Shown here one piece after another: positions 1 through 12,000 of a stretch of 64,000 nucleotides of DNA. The notes below the pieces were generated by a model. The model was not told the origin of the DNA, searched no databases, and was given only the letters and a program-made list of their open reading frames with translations. The stretch lies in the NCBI RefSeq assembly GCF_964355755.1, contig NC_092670.1, positions 14,246,795-14,310,794 on the forward strand, read 5' to 3'. The stretch's first letter is position 1. Each line of letters starts with the position of its first letter. The stretch comes from Antedon mediterranea (lineage: Eukaryota > Animalia > Echinodermata). Made by a program: the position numbers and the translations under genes.

Positions 1-52
1 TAAGACAACAAAACCTTCACTTGATTTCATCTCAATATAAATATCCATTTAG

Positions 53-3000
53 GAACAAGAACATTTAGTTTCATTGACGGTGTCTCGTGTGATGCGAAGA
101 ACAACTATTTACTATCAATTGCTGAAAGACCATCTAAGGACACAGCATCAGGTGGAACAAATTACGGTGTTTGTTTTATAGACACTTCAATTGGGAAATT
201 TCATGTAAGTCATGTTAATGTTGTTTTTTAAAAACATACACTCTTTCATCTTGAGTCTGGTTGTTACATAGTGGCTTTGTTAGGTCAGTTTCAGTGCCTA
301 GTCTTTCTTTCGAACCCAATCTTTAGCCTAGATATAATTGTTTCTCTGTTAATAGTATTGTATTTGTGTCTATTAATTATAATGTGTCATTTTATATTAT
401 ATTTTTGTATTCTTTATCTATGTAACTTTGATAGAAACCAATGAATGTTGATTGGTTGTTTTTGACTGGTTACAACAAGTTAAGGATCTGGAAGAAAAAA
501 TGCAAATACTACTTTAGGTATCCAAAGGTACCTTCAAAGGGTTTGGTTATTGTGCTGTATAGAGTTCTGCGGTGCTGACGCACAAACAAAAATTAGTCTT
601 TGACTCTTGTTAGAAGGCTGTAAAATAAACATTAAGGCTCTTTAGAAGATTTTAAAGGTTGGATTCCAGGCTCACCTCTGCCCATCGTAATTGCTTTTCA
701 AAGCTCCTTAACCACATATGTTGTAATGTTTGAGACAATTTGAAAGTGTCTTAATTCAATCTTGCAGATTGGTCAGTTTCAAGATGACCGGCACTGCTCT
801 CGTATTCGGACATTACTTGCTCACTATACACCAGCTCAGGTGAGTATTCAAGCTTTTTTTGGAACACTCCTGTACTGAAGAGGTCACCCTATATAAAGAA
901 GAATTTAAAAATAAATAATAATTCAAAATATTTTTGTAGGTTTTGTTCGAAAGAGGAAAACAACAGTTGCAAACACAACAGATTCTTAACAACAACTTAC
1001 TATCAGTATTAAAAGAGCCACTGGCACCGGGGAGCCAGTTCTGGTCTGCTGAAAAAACATTGAAACATTTTGTAGAAGAGAACTATATGATGGGTAATGA
1101 GGAGGGTAATAGTGATGGTGGACAAAACGTAACAAAATGGCCAGAAACACTGCAAGGATTGCTAGCAGAGGGTAAGCATGTTAGAAATGTCTCGTAAGAG
1201 GTTTAACTTCACAACATTAGTAATATGCGTTATACCACTAGAGTACAAGACTAGGTAATAAATGGGGATGTAGTGTATTGTATATAGACACACAAAAATA
1301 GCAGCATCTGAGTAATACATTGCAATGTAATGTTAATATGTAGTTATATATATGTGAGATCCTTAAAATGGTAGAGCGTTACTCGCACAACCGTCTCATC
1401 CTTTATTTTTAGAATACAAATTTCTCCCATCATTTGTCCGTATTAGATCTCTTTACACTCGAACTGGTAGATATAGAAAGTCATTTATTTCGAATTCCAT
1501 AACTCAATATAACAGCAAAACATCAAGATTAGTATAACTAGAAACTGTGTCTCAATGTAGTCATCATTACTGAATATGTAATACATATTGGCAGATCATG
1601 TTTAATGACATTTAATGATGATTTATTTATAGGAGACTCTCTTGGTTTGACACCAAGGGAAGGAAAGGAACTTGCTCTCAGTGCTTTTGGGGCTTGTATT
1701 TGGTAAGAATTAAAGTTAATCGTAACCGTTCTTTCTTTTATATTTTCATCTGGCTATAATTTTCAATTAACTAGAATAATAACATCAATAATGAATACAT
1801 TGTAATTCAGTCAAATAAATTTATTTAATTTTATAGGTATTTAAAGAAATGTTACCTACACCAGGAACTGCTGTCCATGAAGAATTTTACCACATATGTA
1901 CCAGTAGATGACAAAGATAGTATTGAAATTAAAAACATTCCAACTGATTTCACAACTAGAAATAGACACATGGTAAGTAATATTATTTTTAACACTGAGC
2001 TTTTTAAAACACTAGTAAAGTTGGGTTTTCCAGGGAAGAGAGGCCAGTGCTCTGCAATACCTTTTCAACCAATCGTGTACAATATTCAATGTGTTCTTGC
2101 AGGTTTTAGATGGTGTGACACTGGCCAATCTGGATATTTTAGAGAATAAGCTCACAGGAACCACGGAAGGAACGTTACTTGGTACAATGGAACAATGTTC
2201 AACGCCATTCGGCAAGCGATTGTTCAAGCAGTGGCTCTGTGCTCCTCTATGCAACCCAGACGCAATCAATGACAGGTGAAGAGAAAATGAGTTTAAAGCG
2301 CTGTCTACACTATCAAACTTTATGTGACAAACAAATGCTATGTGCCCATATATGGACATGATGATGTCATATCACTACCATATTTTGGCATATCACTACC
2401 ATATATGGGTACATCAAACTCTTCTTGCCAAACTAGTTTGGTAGTTTAGACAGGGCTTTAGAAATATTCATAGTAAAACAATGGTTTCATTCTAACTGTT
2501 AACGAATTATCTATTATGTGACATTAAATGGCCTATTTAACAGAACATATTTTTTTCAGGGGGGCAATATAACTTTAAGTTGAAAATCCACAGAAATGTT
2601 CATTTTTTATCAATGATATATTTCTGAATATTTTATTTTACAGATTAAATAGTATTGAAGATCTGTTGTCTGCCCCTGAAATTGTAGGAGAAGTAAAAGA
2701 GATCCTCATTAAACTACCAGACCTTGATAGACTCTTAAGCAAGTATGTTTTAGAGCAGGTTTTAAAATTAGAGACTGTCATCATATTCATCTTCCATAAA
2801 TAAAAGAGCAACACAGCCTGGAGTACCTATATTCATTTATTTTTTCAATAATGTAGTTGATAATATATCATCTAAATGCCGACTACTTTTTTTTAATCTC
2901 GAGTCGGTGATGATCAAGACAAAACTGGTGCTGACCAGAGATCAATTTGACCGAAATCCTGGTTAGCAATGAGGGCATATCCCCATGGAGGGGGGGGGGA

Positions 3001-6000
3001 TATCCCCATGGGGGGGCATATCTTCATGGGGGCATATCCCCATGGGGGTTTTTTGGCATGGATAGTTTTTCAGTTTGTATGTACAGCATTTTGAGGTCTC
3101 ACAATATTAGGCCCTAGATAGCGCTTACATTTCCAGTGACTGTATTCACCATTCACACTTAGACTAAGGGAAACACTTATAATTTAAGAGAAATACTTAA
3201 ATATGTATGAGTTAAGTGAAATAACTTAATATTTCCCTTTAAGTTTAATATTATCTCATTTAAGTGTGAATAGGGCCACAGAATATTATGTATTGTATCC
3301 GTCTACATATTCAAAATCAATTATTGCTTTTTATTTTTTTAAAAACCAGAATCCACTCACTTGGTTTAAAAAGAAAAGGAAACAATCACCCTGATAGTCG
3401 TGCCATCTTTTTTGAAGATGTCGCCTACAGTAAAAAGAAAATTGAGGACTTTTTGGTGACATTGGAAGGGTTTAAAAGTGCCATGAGGATCACTAAACTA
3501 TTTGAGAAAAAAGAAGTTAAGTAAGTACTGTATGTATAACATTAGTGCCTAAACTAAAATTCTGTTTTTATTTCTGGCCTTTATTTCCTTTTAGTAAGTT
3601 TATTTAACTTTTATTAACACTTAATATTTACAATGTACAGTTCTTTTTAGGACTAATATGTATACGTGTTGTACCACAAACACAACACAATGTAATTTCC
3701 TTAGAGCGCCCTCTTTTGACTTTATTTGAGTATACAAATAGAACTTGTCAAATAATAATGATTCATTTTTTATGTGAAACAATAACATTAAAAAATGAAT
3801 ATTTTGATTTGACTCATAATATTGGCACAGCTTCAAGGCAATTCTCAGATAAGGGCATCTGACTATACATTCCCAGTGCATCTTTCGAAAAGACTAAGGG
3901 TGATCTGGTCCATTTAGATCCCATTTACACTTGAGGTTGGCTCCGAGCCAACAGTGTACAAGTGTAAGCACTCTTGAAACAACCGAGCCGGCGCAATTGA
4001 TCCTAGTCTAGTGTAAACACTCGCTGTCATATAATGAACGTTCTGGGTCAACTATAGTTTAAAGTTTACGAAACTTATTGGTGATCAACGGGAATTCTTT
4101 ATTGAAATTAAATTGGTGAAGATGTATACAGAAATAACATATCGTTTTCAGGGGATTTCAGGACACCATGCGGCACCTATGCTTATACACTGTGGTGTTT
4201 TTTTCGATGGCCTTTAAGAAGTGAAAACAAATTTTCTAATTTTTTTCAATCACACAGTTATGTAGGCTAATCTTTAAAGAACATTTTACAGTAAAAAGTT
4301 TGTCAATACAATTACGATTTTATAAGTAACTTGTCCTCGAAAAATAGGCTGAAAACGCTGTTATTTCTGTTGGTTACGCTTCGTTGCATGGCATTGTTTG
4401 TCATCGATCGAAGATGTCTTCCGTTTCGAGAAAAAGGCGTATTGATCTGCTACTATTCCTCTGAAAACGAGACGCAAACATTAGTAGTAAAGCAATAATA
4501 CAATTGTTTTGATCCATATTAAATACCGTTATTTGATTCTTTTTTGATAAAGTTTGATAGGCCTAGGTCAAGTGTAGATTGACAACGCTTAATAATATTA
4601 ACTTTTTAAGACGGTTACCGTTGGTGGGCGCACATGAGCGGATAGACGTAAATGTAGCGAAATCGTATCATCGAGCACTCTTCCGCGAGAGCAAGTGTAA
4701 ACACAATAGTAGGGGCCCGAGGCCGGCTTTTTGGGTAAATGTAAACACATTGCGGTCTAAAAATAAAGCCGACTTCGGGCCAGCTAATAAAGCATCGATG
4801 AAGGGTAAAGGGGTCTTAGAGAGAACATTTTGATTAACTATAACTGCTGATCAATCTGAATATGGCATAGGAGACATAGTTTTGTGTTGTGTTTTTGGCT
4901 ATATACCATTTGATAAATGCGTATATATAATAATATTTGTGTAGAATTAACATAATTTCTCTTTATTCATCTATGCCTATGCTACACTGACTAAAATATT
5001 CCCTGCATTATCACTTATGACTTTACCAGTCAAGCACTTTGTTATGGAAGCCGCATACATGACCCTATGCCCCAATAGTACAAAAGGGAATTAAGTAATA
5101 ATATTAGTTGTATGCCAAAATGGTATTTATATTAAACTGACTCATTGAACATAGAATGTGTTTATTGGGTTTAATCAATTGCTTAATTGCGTGAATCACT
5201 GAAGAGTAAGCGCATTGTTCATAGAACCTTTGTTGTGTCAAAAAATGTGTAACGATAGGTTTGTCTGTCATAACGGATGATTGATAAAAAAGAGTCAATG
5301 TTTAATGTTGTGTACTTGTCTTCTATAGTTTCTGTATACATATGGTGCACTGTGGTAATTCATGCATAATGAATGCTTGTTCAAATTAAGTATGTAAACA
5401 TGTAATTTCATAGAATTATGAACAAACCAAAAATATTTAATTTACTCTCTAATTTGAATTGAACGCTATTGGAACAGGTACAGGCCAAGTATACAATGCA
5501 GCTAAGAGGGTGTTCAGACCTACAGATTTATGGTTTTAGGTTGGTGGTTTGTGGTTTGTGGCCAAGCGGTTAAGACAGTGGAACCGTATTACTCACTCCA
5601 TGGTTCTGGTGGTAGAATGAGGACTATAAAGTGTTAGTCCAGTGTACACAACTGCCTTACGTGCACTTTTAAAGAACCTAGTACATCTTCCAGGACGAGT
5701 AGGAGGGTTACCCCAGTGTACTAATATACACACAGCCAATATCACAAACAGACAGTTATACCGTATTTTTATACCCATTTCTGCTAACAATACTTCTTGG
5801 GTGATCGTGTTAAATTTCATCATTTTTACCCAAATTGCCATTCATTTATTTGGTCGATAATTAAAAGTCGCAATAAAGGAAGTTTTACGTCTCACTTTCA
5901 ACAGCCTAGCCCTAGTGATAGAGAGGTTGTGAGAGCACAGAAAACAACATCGTAATGAGGACAAGTAATTCGTTCCCTTTCCGAGTTATTGTCTTTTACA

Positions 6001-9000
6001 ATCTTTTACTGCTTTCGCAGGCTCTTCAGCTTTGAATTTACTTGCTTTGGAGACAAGTCTATTCCGTACTCCTGCTTTATTTTTTTAGAAATGTCTTTAT
6101 AAATGTGGTTGTCCCTTTTATTACCTTTTAGTTGGCCGGACATTTTAGCTTCCCCATCCCCTCCTTCCCCACCCCCTCCTTTCCCATCCCGATTTGACGT
6201 CTTCGCTCCACATTTTTGCAGAATATCTATACACGTGTGTAAAACAGCTGACAGCGACAGAAAATAAAAACACGATGTTGACCTCATGCTGTAGGTAAAA
6301 AAAAATATGGTATTTTTTATTGGCAGCAGAAAAGGGTAGAAAAAATATGGTATAAATTTGTAAATACCGTATTTTATCCACAAATTTTGTGGGGAAAATA
6401 CGGTATAAAAAATACGGTATTTTTTTTATTAGCGCAGTTTCTGCTGCCAAAAAAATACGGTATATATACGGTATTAAAAAAATACCGTATAAAATACGAT
6501 ATTTTCTTGGCAGCAGAAACAGGGCCTTAGATGGAACAAACCCTAAAGGCGTATGAAATAACCTTTACAAACTTTTTTTTTTAAAGCAATTAAATACTAT
6601 TTTTAAACTCCAGAAGCAAATTTTCTCTTTTGTCCCCAGAGTTTTATTGTTCATTTGTCCTGTTTTTATCTTTTACTGATCTTTCTGCGTTTTATTTTCT
6701 CCCATAAACTATATTGCATCTAATTTTATTTATTTATTTCCTGGTGTATATGGTGTACCATAAACTTTTTTTATGGCAAATAAATTTACTTAAATAAATG
6801 ATACTAATTATTTAGGATATAAATGTAAATTGTTTGTTAACAGTATGGTAGATTTTATACCCCTGAATAAAGGTTGGCCATAGTTTACATCTCTTACAAA
6901 CCTGAAATTGTGTTCGTTATAAGCTCAAATTATTTCAGATATGATAAAAAAAGTCACACTTTTATAATTTTGACCTCAAATTCATTCTGAATACCAGTTT
7001 TTAATGAAAGCATCTAGTAAATCAAGTCAGAAATATTTGCTGTTACGACTCTAATTATAATGTTCCTTGCTTAACAAAAGAAAGCACCCACTTAGATGGA
7101 ACATACTATAAAGGCGTATGGAATAACCTTTACAAACTTTTTTTTTAAAGCAATTAAATACTATTTTTAAACTCCAGAAGCAAATTTTCTCTTTTGTCCC
7201 CAGAGTTTTATTGTTCATTTTGTCCTGTTTTTATCTTTTACTGATCTTTCTGCCTTTTATTTTCTCCCATAAACTTATTTATTGGAGTGTTTACTATATT
7301 GCATCTAATTTTATTTATTTATTTATTTCCTGGTGTTATGGTGTACCATAAACTTTTTTTATGGCAAATAAATTTACTTAAATAAATGATACTAATTATT
7401 TATGATATAAATGTAATTTGATTGTTAACATTGTGGTAGATTTTATGCCCCTGAATAGAGGTTGGCCATAGTGTACATATCTTACAAACCTGAAATTGTG
7501 TTTGTTATAAGTTCAAATTATTTCAGATATGGTAAGAAAGTCACACTTTCATAATTTTGACCTCAAATTCATTCTGAATACCAGTTTTTAATGAAAGCAT
7601 CTAGTAAATCAAGTCAGAAACATTTGCTGTTACGACTCTAATTATAATGTTCCTTGCTTAACAAAAGAAAGCACCCACTTAGATGGAACATACTCTAAAG
7701 GCGTATGGAATAACCTTTACAAACTTTTTTTAAACGCCGTGGCTAAAGATACAGTACCGTATCCTCCGTTTGCTAAAGATACGGTAAAATTTCATTATGT
7801 CATAATTAGCCAATGGGGTGCTGGTACGTGTGTGACGTCATCGTATAAGGACTTTGGATTTGTTTTATCGCGAAAACAGTGATCAACCGCTTAACATTTT
7901 CTTTATGCTTAATTTATCGCTATTATCGCCGTTGTGTGTGACAAAAACTAAATGTAGCCTGCTATTATTGAAAAGCCAAAACATGTTGATTTTAATTATA
8001 GAATACAGAAAACCGTTTCAAAAGTGGCCTACCACGTACTATAACCTATAGCCTCATTATATGAGTTTGTTTGTGTAGGGAAAGCAGTGCCAGGCCAGCT
8101 GCATGTGTACGCTGATTTATGTTACTCAGCCACAGCGTTTTTTAAAAGCAAGTAAATACTATTTTTAAACTCCAGAATCAAATTTTCTCTTTTGTCCCCA
8201 GAGTTTTATTGTTCATTTGTCCTGTTTTTATCTTTTACTGATCTTTCTGTTTTTTATTTTCTCCCATAAACTTGTTTATTGGAGTGTTTACTTTTTTGCA
8301 TCTAATTTTATTTATTTATTTCCTGGTGTATATGGTGTACCATAAACTTATTTTTTGGCAAATTAATTTACTTAAATAAATGATACTAATTATTTATGAT
8401 ATAAATTGTTTAACATTATGGTAGATTTTCTACCCCTGAATAGGGGTTGGCCATTATAGTGTACATGTGTTTACATTTCCCCTTGTTTGTTTCACACTGG
8501 AAAATATCACCTTAATAATGGTATTTCCTGAACACGCTTGTCCCAAAGGAGGGTTTTCAACTAATATAAATCTATTAGTTAAAAATTGTCCCTCTGAAAA
8601 ATAATTTTTCAAATGTTTTTATTGAATATGCCATTTTGATGTCCAAAAGTTTCATTGGAAAACAATTTTTTACCGGAAAAGGCTGTAGTTTATAGCATTA
8701 ATATGACATTTTAATGTCACATAATAGTTATTAACTCTGAAAAAATGTAATTTAAAGCAAAAAGTACTTAAATTGTCTGTCAGACAATAGTTTTTGGTTA
8801 AAATTAAACGTTTCTTTTGTCTTTTTATCAGTGATGTGTTTTTTATTTTACAGAAGTGAAAAACTTTATTAAAGCTGCAAAATGGCCTATTTAAAGTCTG
8901 ATTTTATTTATTTTTGGGGACAATACATCTTTAACCAAATACTTAAATATTATTAATCCATTTTAGATCAACACTTTTAAACAAAAGCGTTACTTTATTG

Positions 9001-12000
9001 GGTCCAGAATCTCAAGGAATTTTTCCAGACCTTGCGAAGCTACTTCGTTTCTTTGAAGTAAGTTGATAACGTATTTAAAAATTGTTTTGATTTTTGTTAA
9101 TTATAAATCATATTTATCAATTTTTATTTTCATTGTGTGCGATTAATTTCCTCTGTTTATAATTGTTTTATCTGTCTTCAACAATTTCAAACAATTTGAT
9201 TTGTATTCATTTAAAGAAAGTTGCAACAAACCTTTATGGTGGAAGAAATCCAACCAACAGAGATAAAACAAAAAACTAACAGATTAGATAAAACAAAAAA
9301 CTAACAGACTTAGATAAAACAAAAAACTAACAGACTTAGATAAAACAAAAACTAACAGACTTAGATAAAACAAAAAACTAACAGACTCAGATAAAACAAA
9401 AAACAAGATATTCGTATACAATTTAACACGTTTACTTTTCCTTCTTGTTTAGCATGCATTTGATCACAAAAAAGCTAAGCAACAGGGAGCTATTGTTCCA
9501 AGTCCAGGGGTCAACCAAGACTATGACACAGCCATAGCTGACATCAAGGGGTTAAACCGTGAGCTAAATGCTGTGTTGGAACGTCAAAAGAAACGTCTTG
9601 GCTGTAGCGTAAGTTCCTACCTCGTAAAAACCTATTTTGTCCAGTATCGGGCAATTTCCATAAATGTCATGGTTAGGTGAAGAGTTTTTTTTTTTTTTTT
9701 TAGTTTCATTTATTTATTCATCCAAATTTCATTTATTTAGTCATCCAAATTTTAAAAAAAATGTTTAAAAAATACATTAAAAGATGAACAGAAAGGTGGT
9801 TAGGGTCTATTATTCTGTCTACACTATCAAACTAGTTTGACAAAAATAGTGTGATGTGCCCAGATATGGTAGTGCTATGCTTAAATATGGTAGTGCTATG
9901 CTTAAATATGGTAGTGCTATGCTTAAATATGGTAGTGATATGACATCATCATGTCCATATACATCATATTTTTTTATCCCATAAAGTTTGATAGTGTAGA
10001 CAGAGCTTTATAAAATCATCACATGTGTTCAACACATGAGATTCTGTTTCACATTTTCCTGTTAGAAATTACAGTCAACAAGAATAAATTATTATTATGT
10101 TATTCCATTATGTACAAACTTTGGTCCAAACATAGTAAGTATTTTTAACCCCATTACCATGGATTACCATGGAATCTTCAATTTCTAATAATTTCCTGTT
10201 TACAGAAAATTACATATTGGGGAACCGGAAAGAACCGCTTTCAGCTTGAAATTCCTGAAAGCGCCCTCTCTCGTCACACTCCAGACGAGTATGATCTACA
10301 ATCTCAGAAGAAAGGATTCAAAAGGTATTGGACTAATGAAATTAAAGAACTTCTTGAGAATATGATGGCTGCTGAGGATCGGAGAGACAGTGCTCTAAAA
10401 GACTCCATGAGGGCGGTATTCCACCAGTTTGATGAAAAGTAAGTTTCGATTGTGTTTTTAAGTTTGTATACTGGAGGAGTGGGGTTATACTGGGAGAGTG
10501 GGGTGAGGTACAGTGTGGCCAGCGATACAAATGCTAGGCACAATTATGGACAAAATGGCAAAAAATATGCTTCAGAATTGGGTTTTGAAATTTTGCCAAA
10601 TTATGCTAGATTTTCTAAAATTACACCTAGTATAAATGCCAGATGCCAGATGGGTCAAAATTATGCTAGATAGCATAATTATATGCTAGATTTGGCAACT
10701 AGGGTGAGGAGGAAATTCGGATTCAGAAAAATGCGATAATGCCTTATAGTTTGTTTTTTTTTTCATTGCAAACAAGTGTAGAAACCTGTAAATACATACT
10801 GTAAGTGCCAAAATGAAATACGTGTAAAAAATAAATAACTTAAAGACAGTTTGACTGGACTGGCCACACTGGCTTTTCTTTATTTTGCTTTTAATTATTA
10901 ACATTGTCTTTTTTGTTCCAGTTATGAAGAATGGCAGGCCTGTGTTCAGTGCCTTTCTGTGCTAGATGTCTTGCTTAGCCTAACGTCTTATAGCCAGGCA
11001 CCAGGCATGTGCAGACCAAAGCTGGTTCTGCCTGGAAATGATGAGAAGGTATGACAACAAAAAAACATTTTTGTTTATTGTGTATCAATTTTAATATATA
11101 AACACTGGTGCATTGCTAAATTCCATTAGCCGTTACCTAACTTCAAATTCCTAGGCTTTGCAACTGCACCACTGACTTTTCAATATTGTGAGATGACCAT
11201 GGAAAATTATTATCAGCCGCATAAAAAAGTTATACATTCATTTTTAATTTATATCGACAGTAAAAAAATCGATATTTTCATCCATCTGTTTTATAGTACT
11301 TTTTATTTCCTTAATTTGTTGTAAAAAGCTAAGGTAATTAATCATTACTAATAAAATATATGTACATGGTTTGATTTTTATTTTTTTTTTCAGCCGTTCA
11401 TATCAATCAGAGACGCCAGACATGCATGTATCGCACACACTGCAAGTGGAGATGACTTCATTCCTAACGATACATACATTGGTATTGCAAACGTACGTCT
11501 ATTTCAATTGAATATATTTTGAATTCTACACATTTTGTAACAAAAATGTATAGTTAACGTTCCCCATTTTAAGGGAAATTTGATTTGGATCTTCATCGTT
11601 ATTAGTTTTCACAATTATCATGTTAATTATCACGGAACTAGGTTTGGTCATGGATTGGGCCCTCTACAAAGCTGCTACTGCCAACGTTCACAACTTATCA
11701 TGATCAGCCCATCAGAAATGCCTATTCATTTAGCTTATTGAATTCTTTCAATGTGCATTTATGTGTAACTATATAAATAAAACATTTTTTAATAGGAAAA
11801 TGATTCAGATAGTTCAGCATCTGGATCTTGTGTTTTAGTTACCGGTCCAAATATGGGCGGTAAGTCAACATTGATGCGACAAGTTGGGCTAGTAGTGGTC
11901 ATTGCCCAACTTGGATGCTACGTACCAGCTGAAGCATGTACTTTGACCCCAGTAGATCGCATCTTTACTCGACTTGGGGCTAGTGACAATATTATGGCAG

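Noticed and set aside
2903-2954. Possible intronic C/D snoRNA (GTGATGA..CTGA..TTGA with TCGG/CCGA stem)
   Set aside because: Only about 50 nt, with a non-canonical terminal D box and no guide target I could recognise.
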